This document shows positions 1 to 13,774 of a DNA stretch of 64,000 nucleotides, in pieces. Source of the stretch: Fistulifera solaris. Its lineage: Eukaryota. How positions within the stretch are numbered: position 1 is the stretch's first letter; each line of letters begins with the position of its first letter. A program made the position numbers and the translations under genes. The stretch lies in the NCBI GenBank assembly GCA_030295235.1, contig AP026146.1, positions 682,001 through 746,000 of the forward strand. Direction: 5' to 3'. Under the pieces are notes generated by a model. That model was not told the origin of the DNA, did not search any database, and saw nothing but the letters and a program-made list of their open reading frames with translations.

Positions 1-2851
1 GCAGGTATTTGGATTTTCATCGCAACGACTCATTCGCGTCGAGTTTGCGCTCCGAACGCGAGCGCAGAATGCGCTCCTGGCAACTCGTTATTACTGGTGA
101 TGAAAAAGAGTATGAGCCTATCTGCCGATCCAGGGGACTATCTCATGAAGATGCCACGCTTCACCGTGAAATGCATAATCTTTCGAGAATTTTTTACAAA
201 GGAACAAATCTTATTGCCATTCGTGATGCAGCGCGCAGAAAGAAATCTGCTGACAATGAGGAGTTTTCAATTGCTGGGACGGAATCCGACGACGGTTTTG
301 TGTCTCTTTTGACAGTAGAAACGGCGAGTCCAAGGAGGAAGATCGAGGTACCCGATGACGATTCATCTTTTTTGTTGCGGGCTCAGGTACGTCTTGAAAG
401 CCCTATGATTTCGTTTTAGTTGCTTTTGGTAACTCATTAATTTGTCATCCTTAGCCAAAAAATTTGAACGCTGTGGGTGTTCACCGTGACCAAAGAAACC
501 ATGACCAGAGTTTCAAATGCTTTGCTGCGACGTTTGAAGAACGAGTATCGAAACCGGGTTTGAATCCAGCAGCAAGCGGTAAATATTTAAGACGATGCCT
601 TATTCGGTACTATCCGATTGATCGGACGGCTTCGATTGCTATGTTACACGATTCACGAAAGCTCGATCAAAGGAAATGCAAGGTCCCTGAAACCATTACA
701 CTCGATGAGGCGAACCGAAATTCTGCTCTCCTATCAACTGATTTCTTACAGGAGCGTCACTTATGCAACCGCCACCTTCCGAGGGGAACTACCCGATCGC
801 AGTCGATTCTTGCTAGCTCTGTGATTGAACCTTCAGACTTTACATCAATGCCAAGGCCGGGAAAGGCCATGGACTTTATTTTTCGACTTTCCTTCTTCGA
901 GAACCCTATGGTTGATTTAGAAGGGCGTTATTTTACTATTCATGATTCCTCGGTACTAGGGGTGCACCGGTCAGATGCGAGTGCAATGGAGTTCAGCGAT
1001 GCATCTCTCAGTACAGTCCTGTGTATGATCGGAGACACAGCAGGAGAGACAAAAAGTAGTACAACAGATTCATCAAGCCAAGGAGTTCAGATGGGGAAAG
1101 ATGGGTATCCGGTCATATGGATGAAGTTCAGTGGCGATGATACCAAAGTTGAAATGAAGCCTTATCGCGCCTCATTTGTTCGAGCCGCCTTGTTGGTGAC
1201 AGAAGCTCGACAAGAAGCGCAGCTCCAGGTAAGTGCAAACTCATGCTTAAGCCGAGGAATTTACGAGCAGCGACTGACGTGGGTTTTCATTCCAGTGCCT
1301 CCTATCTTGTGTCAAGTCTGGCTCAGCGACGAATGCCACAAAAGCTTTGATCGACTCCATTTTGAAACCAACCTATAAACTTATTGAATATGCTGGCAAC
1401 CGTAGTAGAGAAAAACAATCTATTGTTCTTCGCGATCTGAAACTTGGAGTCAATCATATTGATAGAGCGCAACTCCGTAGAAATGGTCTTTTGGATCCTC
1501 GCTATCCAACAACTTTACTAGACATGACCGCTAGAATAGAAGAAGCTCTCCAATCAAACGATGACAGACCAGGTGCCGACTTCTTCGGAGTCTCGGCAAC
1601 TTCATATAAAATTCGTTGTACGGTGAAAGTTCGAGTTGCTGATGTTGATGCCGACGGCAATGAAGGTCTTGAAAATAGCAGTCGGATGTGCCAGGAGGAG
1701 TGGGTCGTGCACAGATCTTTCAAAGATTTTCAAACGCTGCATAAACATTTGAAAACTCAACTCGCTGCAAGTCTCTCGTCGGGGACACCGGCTAGTCGCT
1801 TGGTAGGGGCTGCAACGGCTGCTTTCGCACCAGCCGCATCCTCCCAAGGTCGTCAACGACAACCGTTCATAGCATCCCTTTCTCAGGCTTCGAAAGCTGG
1901 AGCACTTGGCGTGACAAAGAAATCAATTTTGAAAAGAATGGAAATATTGAACGAGTATTTGTTGTATTTGCTTGCCCCTGGCAACCCCGTACGTTTGTGT
2001 TCCGAACTGGTTCTCTTTTTAGGGGCGTTTTACCCTTTACCCCAGGATTTGAACAATGGCGAGGGCACCGCAGGCGAAAGTGATATTCTTGGCAGAACTG
2101 AAATATCTCGTATTGTTTTAGAGGAACCGGAACGAAATGCCGCACTGAGCAAACAAACGGAGAATACAACCCCAGAAGAAATAGATCAGTTCAATACGTC
2201 AATGTCAATGGCGAATGGAGACATTTTGATATCCCAGAAGAGGATGCGATTGGTGGAGATGGCGAGTTCCGCAAGTCGAGAAAGGATGATTTCAAAATAG
2301 CTTCTGTAAAAGCTAAAATCGAAAAAATTCCTCTCGGCCAGGTTCGTCAACGCGTGTTTGAATTGCTTCGTTATCAGTTTGGATTCGAGAATGCATCATT
2401 TATTCGGAATCGAATGCTAGCGGCGTTAAAGACCGCTTCCTTGGCGCTCACTCCAGGTGAATTTCAGCGAACACTTTACAAGCTACATGTTGAACACTTG
2501 AGTGGCGATTCGATTGCAGGTTTAATACAAAAGGGATTAGATCTTATTTGGCCGGAGGGAGTGTTTTTCGAAGCACAACCCCCTTACACACGTGAGCAGT
2601 TAGATGCTTTAGTGAAAGGCTCCAAAGAAGCGTTACATTCTAGCTTTCCCGAGGCCGTGCGCGCTGTTTTAGGACAAGATCTAACAAAGGATGGCCTTGA
2701 TATTTTTCACGAGATGCTTCAAAATCGCTTGGTTGTGAAGAGCATGGCGTACATGCTATTCGACTTGCTTTGGCTCGAGGTGTTTCCCGAAATTGGGGAC
2801 GTTTTGCAGTGCGGAGGGGCGCTTGACATACCTGCAGAGGCTGGTAACTAG
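1..2851 (+). CDS. Sorting-nexin-like protein (PX domain + Nexin_C), 5' partial; introns 387-454 and 1229-1295; one apparent frameshift near 2270-2295
   Basis: PX signature EEWVVHRSFKDFQTLHKHL...RMEILNEYL. C-terminal Nexin_C-like DLIWPEG...IFHEMLQNRLVVKSMAYMLFDLLWLEVFPE. GT-AG introns join ORFs 9-419, 464-1378 and 1347-2300 in frame. Confidence 0.8.
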
Positions 2852-3261
2852 ATTCAATAGGCTGGGCTAATAATGGTTGTTTGTCTCCTTGGACACAAGC
2901 GGAGTAGATATGCGTACGATATAAATCGACGCCGTCTTGCTCCTAACACAAGGATCCTTATGTAACAGTTCGTCTTAGACTGGGCTAGCGCAGAGCTATT
3001 GACGATACGGGAGTGTGGGATAGATACATTCCTCTCTCATGTTAAACATCGTAATCTTTGGTTGTAATCATATTCTTAAATAATTCAAGCCCTGTCTCAA
3101 GTTTATGCATTCCGCCCTAATGCCTAGCTTACAGCTATAAGCTGCGTTGTTAGTCGACGATCATCCGTCGTCCGCATTTTTATTTGAGTAAAATATTAAA
3201 AACGACGAGCCACTTGCCTTTGCTTTCAATATGAATAATCAAAACTCAAGTATAATTTGCG

Positions 3262-5032
3262 ATGGATGGATGGGAAGATTTGTTCGCAAAAGCCAGTGGT
3301 AGCCAGGATGTTGCCCCGCAAAACACAACAGCACAAAAGGCGGAAAAGAAGTCGTCGAGGAAGCGAAGACATGAAAGAAGTGTCAGTACTTTCGATGCAT
3401 ATCTCGAGTCTAGGTGGGAAATAACGACCAATTGGCCGATGTCTTCCCATTGTTTCGAGTTGAAGCAATCTTTTGATACAAAATGCTCAGCGTTTCAAGC
3501 CTCCGATGGGTTTCATTGCCGAAGATGCACCTTGCCAGCCTACGAACACGCCCTGCTCCTGTCGAGTCAAGGGAGACAAATGTGGTGGATGGCGATTCTA
3601 TGTGACATTTGGAACGTGCGAAATGCTTCAAAAAGTGCTGCTTTACGTCTTGTGAACAAAGCTGAAATCGATTGGACGAAATCTGATGCGATCTTACGAG
3701 AGTCGCAACAAGCTTTGCAAGCCATCGCGACACAATACAAAGAAGGTGGATCGTATTTGGAGAAACTCTTGTTGCAACTGGAGCAATTTCTGCTTCAAAA
3801 GAGATCAGAAAAGACTGCCTACGATACATTTGTTGGAGCCGTAAAGCAAATCATGATGTGCGATGATGTTTACTATCAACTCTATTACCAGCAACTCACT
3901 AAAGATATTCCATTCGACGAACATTATGTGTTGCCGCATCCTACTGAGTATTTCGCTGCTTGCTGCACTGATAATCAAATGCTTCGACAAGTCGAAGAAG
4001 AAGGAGAACAAACGAGTGATCTACAAATCATCGGATGGGACGCACTCTTTCGCGATGACATGAGTGCGTTCCATCCCCTTTAGCGCTTCACTGGTATCGT
4101 CGCACGGAGGGAGAATCGCTTTTTCGAGCAACACTGTCGAAAGGTCAACATAATCCCAAAATCATGCTTTGGAAGAAGCCTCTGGTACTTTCGTCGAGAC
4201 ATCCTACGTCGGACGCTACAGATTATCAAAGAAAGCTCGTTCATCATGGAACGCTAGCACCAATCTTGCTTCAACAGTGGAGGGACTCATGTCGCGATTT
4301 TCTTTGTCATCTGTATGCTTACGCCACCCTGAATGTCTCCTCCCTCCCTAAAATTCAATCGTTTCTGCAAGACACGAACTGCACCGGAATTACAGAAGTA
4401 GGAGCCGGAACAGGATACATCGCCGGATGGTTGAAGAAAAATGGGATTGAAGTGAGTGCCTTTGACCTTATACCAACTGGGGGCGTGACATGAACGAGTA
4501 TCATGGTAACACGCCTTCGTTCGAGCGAGTGGATTATATTGGACAGGAAGGACAACCAACAATAGAATCAGCACGAAGCCAAGCTCTACTGTTATGCTAT
4601 CCTCCTCCGAACGCTGTGATGGCACATGGTGTGCTACAGACTTTTATCATGAGAGGCGGTCGTTCCATGATTTACACTGGCGAATGGAAGGGTCTCACGG
4701 GGTCGTCAAACTTTGAAAAGTTTCTGTTGAAGCACATGAAATGTGTGGGCCGCCATGCCTGCTCTACGTGGGGAACTGACGCTGCGTGCATATCCTTTTG
4801 GACACTAAGAAATTCAAAAGAAAAGCGTTCCTTGTTGATTCCTTGTAGATATTGTGCAGAGAAAGAAGCCACGAGACGTTGTCGGCTTTTGCGCTCTCTC
4901 AATTACTGCAGTGCAGAATGCTTCAAATCACATCAGCTCTCGAGAGAGTTTCTTATGAAGCTTTTAATGATTGATCCGAACGCAGTGGAGATTGATTTCG
5001 ACGATGATGCTATCTTTCAATCACTGAACTAG
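3262..5032 (+). CDS. Hypothetical protein with class I SAM-methyltransferase-like domain and C-terminal MYND-like zinc finger; frameshifts near 4080 and 4485
   Basis: Motif I ITEVGAGTGY, then LLLCYPPP and IYTGEW. C-terminal CRYC...RRC...YCSAECFKSH. Three consecutive same-strand ORFs. Confidence 0.6.
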
Positions 5033-5170
5033 CGTCGTCTGCGTTTTGCCATCGGTCTAAATAATATAATTACATTATATGTGATTACATTTCTATTGTC
5101 GTAAGAGCGCTAAACTTTCGTTATCGACAAGAAGCGCTGAGCATTGAGAAGTACATGAGGCTGTCACAAT

Positions 5171-6114
5171 TTAAAACACGGCAGGAGTCGATAGCGCGGA
5201 GGTGCCGGAGTTGTGTAGTTTCTCTGCTTCATCCATCAGCTGTTTCACCTTTTGTTCGGTGGCCGCCCTTGTTGTGGTATCGCGCTCCTGAATGATTGTA
5301 AGCATTTCTTTGTACATGGCGAGTGCTTTACTAGTTTCACCAACCGCTTCGTAAGCTTTCGCAAGATTACTGAGATACACGGGTGTCAAAGCCTGATTCG
5401 AGGCAAGTATCCGATAACTCAGCTCATGATAGGCAACAGCTCGTTGCTTATCACCTTTCATCGTCATCACTTTACCCATAGCTGATAACATCTTCCCCTC
5501 CTCCACCGATGCATTCAATCGTTGATAGATTGCTAATGATTTTTTCAAAAGGATGAAGCGTTGTCGAAATCCCTCTGCAGCGCATGACAAAGCCCCATTT
5601 GATAATACACAGAAGCAGCAAACGACGAATTTTGAAGCGATTGAATGCCTTCGGCTTGCAGGTCCGCCTCGTGGCAGTCGAGTGCTTGCTTCAGCATCGG
5701 CATGGCTCGGTCGGCTTCGGCCATTCGCCAGTATATAGTGCCGAGATTCAAGTACGCCGAAGCCGTGCCCCGGCATGGATCGCAGCTAACCGCATTCTGA
5801 TAGCATTCCTTGGCTTGCGCAAGATTTCCTTCTCGAAAGTACGCGTTTCCGAGTTTATTGTAGAGTGCAGTGCATTTGGGATGTGTGCTGCCGTGTGTTT
5901 CTACAACATCCTGTAAAGCTTGCTGGACCGATTGCAACGCGTTCTCCGCTTTCAAAGGCACTTGTACAAATTCTCCATTACTCTGAGAACCAAGCCGCAA
6001 ATTGGGAGAAATCGGCTGGTTCTGCCCTCGAAGTCCTTTTCGTACAGTTGATTGAGATGTCTTGATCGAAGGAGAGAAAGGTGGCAACAAGGGCGGTCTC
6101 GAAAGCGGTGGCAT
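5171..6114 (-). CDS. TPR-repeat protein; frameshift near 5550
   Basis: TPR-like helices LYNKLGNAYFREGNLAQAKECYQNA, AYLNLGTIYWRMAEADRA, VYYQMGLCHALQRDF and YLSNLAKAYEAVGETSKALAMY. Confidence 0.75.
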
Positions 6115-6722
6115 TCGATACAGAGAGCTATTCAGGATGGAAAAGGAATAGCAATTCCTGCAACGCTTACAAACGAAGAGTAAGTGTAAAAAGCTTGTCG
6201 AGCGCTTGAACGAATAATGCAACAGCCGAGAGAATGAACAGTGCCAATGAACCAGCTCCACGAGCCACGGGTACAGCGAGAAAACGTTTCCAGTTTCCAG
6301 TGGTTGCATGTTTGTTGTCATCTCGTCAGTTGTCAGTGACACAGCATTTCTGAGTACACTCAAAGTAACTGGAATCTACAGCACAATTTTGTCTACAGGA
6401 CCCTTGAAATTCTCGACACCGTGGTGAATGACGTCAGCCGTTCAAAAACGAAAACAACGACCCCTCCAAAAAAATGAAGTCGTTTCGTGCACGTTTGCGG
6501 CTTGCGAAAGAAGAACAGTCAAGCGGAAAGCAACAGCTCTCGGCTGCTCTTTTAAAGATTAAGAAACCTTGCCGATGAGTAATACTCCGTACAAGTACAT
6601 GTTTGATCATAACTTTAAATCGTTTTCTTTAGTAGCTTTAGCTTAGGTCGATATGAATGTCGGTAGCGTTAGCTGTTTGAAGTAGTATTAGTAGTTTGGT
6701 CGGATGCACAATGTGACAAGAT

Positions 6723-8921
6723 TCATTGCTCCAGCGAAAATGAGTCTGTGCACATAGTCATCATGTCATCATCGTCGTCCATACTAACAAATGAATGCAC
6801 GTCAATGTCCATCCCACGATGCGAGCTAGAGGAGAATACCAATCGAGACGAGGCAGAACTGCTCAAGATGGAAAGTTTGGACCCGTCATCGCCAGACGTC
6901 GTTGAACTGTTATCCAGGTAGCATTCGGCAGAATCGTGCTTCCGTTCCGCGACCACCACCGCGTGCAACGTTTTGATTTCGTGCGCCAGGGCCGTATCGT
7001 CGCTCCGGATAGATACCGTCATCACAATGCTCCGCAAGACTCGCTCCATTTCACCCTTCAGTCGTTGCTCCAAACGATACTTCCGGTCCATTTTCTCGAT
7101 GCGGGCATGCATTTTACTAATCGCTGATTCGAGGTCTTCGCATTGAACTTGAAGCATTTCATTGTGATTCTTCAAAATCTCCAATGATGCACTCAAAACT
7201 GTAACGTTGGTCTCGCTCTGATTCGCAGATGCCTCTAAGTGCTCATTCATTGTCAAAAACATTTTCGACTTGCTTTCGTATTCCTGTCTTTTGGCTTCCA
7301 ATCGGCTGTTCTGTTCGCGCAAACATTTAACGAGTTCTTGCGACATTTCGTATTTGCTTTCTTGCTGTTTCATGCGTGCGTCAGTTTTTTCACGCGCTGT
7401 TTCCATTCTTCGCCACTTCTTCTCTTGAATTTGATTCAGATCAAAAATGCGTTGTCTCTCAATCACACGCAATTGGTGTTCCAGTCGGAAAATAGGCATA
7501 CGATATTGTACAATGAAACGTCGGGCAATGGCTTGAACGCAACATGCGGCGCGAAATTCTCGAAACTGAGTGCCTGTCTGCCACAAACTGGCTTTATACG
7601 CTGCCAGCAACAGAGTGGTAGAACGACTCGTCTTGCTTTCTTTCACCAGAAACGGCGGTGGATCGTCTTTGGCGAAGCTTTTGTCAAAATCACTCATACT
7701 CTTTCGACGTGGTTGCTTCAGTTGATCGGCAGAGGCCGAATGGGTGCCCATGGTAAACTCCAAACTGGTTCGACGGTCTTGACTACGAAATCCCATTTGA
7801 TTGGTCAAAATCGCCGCCCACCGAATGCGACGACCGGATTTTTGCGCTTGCACGGTATCCCACTTCAAAATCCCTTTAAGTCCATGTTGCGCTGGATCAT
7901 ATTGTCGAGCTTGTTCACGTAGCTCTTCCTCCTTTTTTCGTTTAAATTCGTTTCCATAATTTCCAGTACGCGCGGCGACCAAATTCTTCGGCCTTCTCTT
8001 GGGTGATTTCGAAGATGACGCAGGGCTGACAGCCTGGGGTATTTCTACAGGTTCCGGTGGTGTTGCTGTCATGTTTCCGTTCGCTCGCAGATCTTTTGGA
8101 TCGGAAAGTTGTCGCTGGGGAGCCATGGGTGCTGATATGGGCGAACGTGTTAAACTGATCTGGTTTCGAATAGCATTTCTCGTCCGACTCGTAGGTGACC
8201 TAGATCGTTTCGGAGAAGTGGATGCCGTGCGTCTTTGACTGCTTGTTACTCTTGGCCTAGGCGTGCTCGGTCGGTCCTTGAGCTCCGCACTGCCAAGTCT
8301 CTCTACAGTTCGCACGGGTGACACAGAACGCGTGTCTACCGGATTCGAAGAGTCACCTTTCGTATCTCGTTTGCTGCGCTCCTCGACATCCGATACAGGC
8401 GGGGAACCGTTGCATGGCCTTGATTCGGTACGACTATCCTCTAAAGGTATCGTTCGATCACGTGTACAATTTCGTTCTTGATGATTCAATTGCTTTTCCT
8501 TTTGAAGTCTCATTTCTACTGAATTCAAACGCTTCCCACCGCTTGATCCTTCCTCAGAAGAATAGCTACTGTTACTGCTTGCTTTGACACTCGATGGAAG
8601 CATACCGAAACCAGCCAACTTTTTGATAGGTGACTTTGGTGTTACAGAAATGACAACATCGTCTTCACCATCATCTTCAGTCATAGAACACGTCGGCGAT
8701 TGAGATCTATCGGGTGATCTTGTCGTCTTCTGATCGATCCTTTCTTTCGATACATAAACGGATCCAGGAGCTGGCCGTATCCGGAAGTTGCGTGTCGATG
8801 CAATTCCAGGAATGAACGATTTGTTCATAGTTCCATATTGCTCATTTTTCGAAATATTGCTTTCAAAGGCTGCTAATGCTGACCCTATTTTTCCTTTCTT
8901 GATCACCATTGTCATTGTCAT
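6723..8921 (-). CDS. IQ-motif/coiled-coil protein with long Ser/Arg-rich disordered N-terminus
   Basis: 732-aa ORF. IQ-like AACCVQAIARRFIVQ followed by a long heptad region. Also carries GILK and RIRW motifs. Confidence 0.7.
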   Translation of the reverse strand: MTMTMVIKKGKIGSALAAFESNISKNEQYGTMNKSFIPGIASTRNFRIRPAPGSVYVSKERIDQKTTRSPDRSQSPTCSMTEDDGEDDVVISVTPKSPIKKLAGFGMLPSSVKASSNSSYSSEEGSSGGKRLNSVEMRLQKEKQLNHQERNCTRDRTIPLEDSRTESRPCNGSPPVSDVEERSKRDTKGDSSNPVDTRSVSPVRTVERLGSAELKDRPSTPRPRVTSSQRRTASTSPKRSRSPTSRTRNAIRNQISLTRSPISAPMAPQRQLSDPKDLRANGNMTATPPEPVEIPQAVSPASSSKSPKRRPKNLVAARTGNYGNEFKRKKEEELREQARQYDPAQHGLKGILKWDTVQAQKSGRRIRWAAILTNQMGFRSQDRRTSLEFTMGTHSASADQLKQPRRKSMSDFDKSFAKDDPPPFLVKESKTSRSTTLLLAAYKASLWQTGTQFREFRAACCVQAIARRFIVQYRMPIFRLEHQLRVIERQRIFDLNQIQEKKWRRMETAREKTDARMKQQESKYEMSQELVKCLREQNSRLEAKRQEYESKSKMFLTMNEHLEASANQSETNVTVLSASLEILKNHNEMLQVQCEDLESAISKMHARIEKMDRKYRLEQRLKGEMERVLRSIVMTVSIRSDDTALAHEIKTLHAVVVAERKHDSAECYLDNSSTTSGDDGSKLSILSSSASSRLVFSSSSHRGMDIDVHSFVSMDDDDDMMTMCTDSFSLEQ

Positions 8922-9951
8922 ACGTGTAGATTGCTAGTGAGTAGATTCGACTGCAAGAAAAGGATCAAGGATGAGCTGTTCTTTCGTTTCAAAACAAGCT
9001 TGCAACCAAGGTCGATGAGATGTTGCAAATTGTTGCTGGCGAAGGTTTTCGTTGACATGTTGTCCGTAGTCGGCTGTGCCGAGAACTGAGCACGGTATTC
9101 GTGAAAGTGGTCACGCTCTTTTCGCCTTTCTAGTTCTGCCAAGTGAAGTACAATACAGAAGATAGAAACGCGTGTCGGTCCTTAATAAAAGCCCTTCAGT
9201 AATCGTACTTTTCGTTTCTGTTTGGGATGAAATAAGGTGCTGACGTTTTGTTATCTTGTCATTTATACCTTTCGGATTGCGTTTGCCGTCGTTTACATTC
9301 TATGATAGAGTACTTTCAAATCGTGACTCCATAAGAGTCTTTATTGTAACCTTTCTTATCCTACTACGTAGTGGACCACCAAACATTATTGTCTATTTGA
9401 ACAGGAAACAAGGCGAAACCCATTTGAGCCCTTCTCAAAAGTAGTATACAAGGAGAAAGGAGGAGAGAAACAGGAAACAGAGGAGAAACAAGAAACCGCT
9501 CCCTCGCAGATAAAAACACTTCATCAACTACCAGGAAAAGGTGAATAACTGAATAACGAATCATCATCAGCGAATAGGTGCTAAAGCACGAGGTCGAAGA
9601 GCAAAACCTAATCATTAGTCGAACTAAAAGCTCCTTTGGCGAGCATAACTTTGCTTTGTGATCGGTGATCGGTGCCACTTTGACACTGTCTTCAAGAATA
9701 ATAAACACTGCCGATATCATTTATCACTTCTTGGTATTCGTGTCTCTCCCGAGGCCCGAGCAAAAACTTGTGCCCCCAGATAATTCAATGACGACTTTAG
9801 AATCAAATCCCGAATTGGTTGCTCGGTTCGGCTGAACACTTCGTTTTCTTTGTGAGATGCAAAGCTGCGCATCGTCCCGTTATCGGCAAACGAAGAAGAC
9901 TACTCTGGACACGAATAGTTTTCATAAATAAAAATATCTATTATTCCTTGA

Positions 9952-11354
9952 TCATTCGTCTACATCAATCGAAAGCATGAGATCAACTACCTTGTCCACC
10001 AACTTTCGGTTAGTACATCGATCTTGGACCATCGTCACTATCTTCTCCATCGCGTTCAAGTATTTCAGCTTGCAAATGTGTTCTGTGTCGCAGTATGCCT
10101 TAGCTTGCGCGTAGGAATCCTCTAAGGTTGCCACTTTGTCCTGATACACAGGTTCGATCCGGGCAAGTTGATTGTGTGTTTCTTGAAATCGTTTCGTATG
10201 GACTTGCAATACTTCCATGTTCTGAGCGATTTGCTCACTCGCCGCTTCCAAACTAAGTTGCTTTTCTTTTGCTCCCTGAATTTGCGCTTGATACGGTCAG
10301 TGTCTTCACGAATCTTCTTGTTGTCCTTCCGGAGATATTCAATAATTTGCTGGCCTTGGCTTCGGCATGTCACTTTCTTCTCAATTTCTCGGTCTTGACG
10401 TCGATCCATTTTGCCTTTCATAATATCGTAGAACTTGTTCTTTTGGCTTCCGTGTCATTCCACACTCTTTCTAGAGCTTCACTGGTCAAGCGTTCTCTGT
10501 TCTCTAGTCGGTAGGTAAGGAGTTGCACTCGAAAGTTCAGTCGTCTCCACCATCCTCTCATCATGCGTTGAATGATGATAGCCGCATGGATCGTCGTGGA
10601 ACTGACGGGAGGTAGTTCGATCTTTTGACCTTTCCAAAATCCCACGATGGATACAATGGAGCGATACCGGAAAACACCACTCGTTTTTGTTTCGACTTTG
10701 GGGACTTGGCTTTACTGTTTGTTGCATCCTTGTCGCTCTTTTGGATTTCTTAACATCTTTTTGGTCTTTCTTTGCCTTTGACTTGACTTTTCTAACTTCG
10801 ACGGAATGGTCGTGTTGTTTGTATAGCAAAGCATCGTCTCTTGTAGCGGTAGAATCATCCAAATTAATTAGGAATGAATCGTCGGACGGCACCGTCACGG
10901 ACGTTTGATCATCTTCTTTGAAAACCTTTTCATAATCACGAGCACTGCCTACTACGGGCATCGTTTCGGCTACCAACAGTTCCGGATCATCGATCGAAAT
11001 TGATTCATCCGTATTCCACAGCATACTATTGTTAAATGGATTGTGGGGATCTTTTTGAATGAAAGAAGGTCGTTTCCCTGCCTTGAGTTCCTTCCCGAAT
11101 GTGGAGGCCCGCTGTGCGACCAGATTGATTTTCGGAGACTGCAACGGAGTTAGGAAGGTTTCTCTGGGGATTGCGGAACGGCCTTTACCCCGAACAACAG
11201 CCGGACTTTGCGGTGGTGTCAAGAACGATTGAACGACGTGAGGATGGGGACTGACGGTGGTGTCTTTATTGAATTTTAAAGCCAATTCACGAACCGGACC
11301 GAGTTGCGCCCGTTCGATCTGAAAATCGTGATTCTCAGGAGAAAGTGGTGACAT
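9952..11354 (-). CDS. IQ-motif/coiled-coil protein (paralog), split by several frameshifts
   Basis: AAIIIQRMMRGWWRRLNFRVQLLTYRLE, then QQIIEYLRKDNKKIR and C-terminal KLKYLNAMEKIV...KLVDKV, all matching the 15296-16297 protein. Confidence 0.65.
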
Positions 11355-12156
11355 GGTTTTCTTGCCTTGCTTTCGAGTTACTAATGCTATGCGGGTTTGC
11401 TGTTTGACACGACCAAAGCAGTTTTAAGGAAGTTATGCCGTGAAATCAATAAGAAGAAAACGCAGGCCCACAATCTATTTGCAGCAGCAGTTCCGCGAAC
11501 TTGATTGTTGACTAGTAGATACACCAAATAGTAATGCTCTAGGGTGAACGCAAGTGTAACAACCTTTCGTTGCGGATTGATGACACGAAAAAAGAAAATT
11601 GGAGAAAGAATGAAATGGATGCGCATGGCGACGCGAGGGATGTGTGGGATGAAGTTGCGTGGAGAAAAATTCGTGCAAAGGCCAAAATCAACCGCACAAC
11701 GAAAATGCGAAACCGGGAAAGACACGGTGAGACAGTAAAGTACATAAACAGTCACGAGTTGCACTAAATGCGAGAACCGTTTCTTAGCGCCGGAGTAACA
11801 AATGACGACATACCTTTCTGGATTGTGTCATAGTACTTCAAACCAGTCAGAAAGGACTTTGGACTTTTCTGTTGTATAGTTCGATTGGTTTTTCAAACAA
11901 CGAGGTAACTTTTTCATGCGAACGTCGCATCACGCAAGACCGATGACCAAGATGAACAAACTTCTTGATCAAACGAGAACGAGCTCTCTTCCCGTTGTCC
12001 TCCCGATTACTGCTACAAACTACGCTAATTCCTCCTGTATTTACTTTTATGACAACAAGTTGCACTTAGAGAGTTACCATGGAGAGTCACCGATTTTAAG
12101 AAGAATGGAAAGGACGTAATTTCGGAAGTTTTTGTGACAAAGAACCGATCGTCATC

Positions 12157-13753
12157 ATGGGAGATCTTTGTAGGGATGACAGCATATCAATCATCAGCGA
12201 AACACCAAGCGAGCTTCATTCACTACTACCGGCAAGTAGTGCTTCTATGAGAGCGACGATGGATGATTTGAGTGAACCGAAACGACAGATCAAAGTCGAT
12301 CGGATGACTGAGACGTGCGTCCGCGAAAATTCCATCCAAAGCATTCTGAGAAGCAAAACACGAGAAGAATCCTCGAATATTCAGCGGAGTCGAAGCAAGA
12401 ACAGGAACACAGTCACTCGAAGTAATGAAAGGAAAACAAGTAAAAGTTGTGAGAATGACGTGAAGAGTGAGACTTTGGACATAGCAAAAGCCAAGAATCA
12501 AGACGCATCGCGCGACCGAAAGCGAAGTAAAAGTAGAGAAACGAAGAAGATCGACGTTGCTTGCGAGCAATTTATGATGAATTCGAAAAATGACGCAACA
12601 GTCACTACTGCGAATAACGACGAGCAGCGGAAATCTCGAGGGCGTAGCAAAAGTCAAAGCAGGACGCAGAGTAGTTCTGTGAGATCTCCTGGCGGTACGA
12701 AAGCCGAAGAACAATATACGTCGGAGAAAAGTACAGAGCAAAGAGAGAATCGACGATGGATCTGAAAAACGACAGAACAATCAACACGTCGAAAAATGAT
12801 GAACAGCGGAAATCTCGAGGGCGTAGCAAAAGTCAAAGCAGGTCAAAAAGTCGCGAGCGCACGAAAAGCTCTGCGAGATCTTCTGCCTGTACAGAAGACG
12901 ACGAACGACCTACTTCAGGAACAAGTAAAGAGCAAAAGACGGAAACCATCAAAAGTCGTAGCAAAAGCCGAGGGAAAAGCCGCAGTAAAAGCCGCGACAG
13001 CCGAAAAGAAAGCAGTGATGGGAAGAAACATGTGATACGCATAAAACTCGGTTCTAAAGACGCGAGTTTAGAAAAACTATTGAGCAGTAAGGGTGATTCA
13101 TTTCGAGACACTGAAAAAGACATTCTCGAGCGCCTTTTGGTCGAGCACAGACTTCTAATGGAAGAACAACAAACTCTGGCTATGGCTACCGATCTGCTGA
13201 CCAAGTCCAATATAGAGCTAGCCGATGACTTGCGACAAATTCGTAACGACACCATGAAAGTACGGCTCGCCAATCAGCGCATACAACAAGAAACGCATCT
13301 TCTGGAAGACACCGTACTGCCAGTCTATCGCGAAAATGTCTCCAATTTAGAATGTACATTGGAGCAACAATCATGTACAAGTAGTTTTGAGAACTCACTT
13401 CGGTCACTTTATCAAGAAGCGGTCCGTAAAATGTGTAAAAGGTACGAAAACGACCCAGTGAAGTCGAGTTATCGGAGAAAATTAAAGTTTTGGCTGCGGC
13501 CGAAATGGCCGCCGCTGACGACCCGGAAGTTGACGATGAAGCAGAAAGCTGTGAAACAGAAGAAAAACTCGCCGCACATTTGTTTCCTTTCGACAATTGT
13601 GAGGTACATCTTTGGGATGACAGCGATGCAACTGGATTGACTCTAGATGAAAGCGGCGTTTACGTAGACGACAACAGCGAGTCGGGCGTGTTTAATGACA
13701 ACGACAGTGACGAGGATGATCATAGTTCATCTTTCAGCAAACGAATCGGATAG
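12157..13753 (+). CDS. Coiled-coil protein with RSKS-rich repeats, probable divergent member of the same family; frameshifts near 12750 and 13450
   Basis: C-terminal LPVYRENVSNLE...LRSLYQEAVRKM resembles the C-termini of the neighbouring paralogs. No clear IQ motif seen. Confidence 0.55.
12622..12842 (+). repeat. Intragenic direct repeat (~42 bp near-identical core, two copies)
   Basis: CAGCGGAAATCTCGAGGGCGTAGCAAAAGTCAAAGCAGG at ~12625 and ~12804, encoding QRKSRGRSKSQSR. Confidence 0.9.
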
Positions 13754-13774
13754 ACTTTCGATTAAACCATTTCA

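Noticed and set aside
7239..7922. Long antisense ORFs opposite real genes (also 12226-12780, 45127-45684, 59263-59751)
   Set aside because: Shadow ORFs of coding strands with no motifs.
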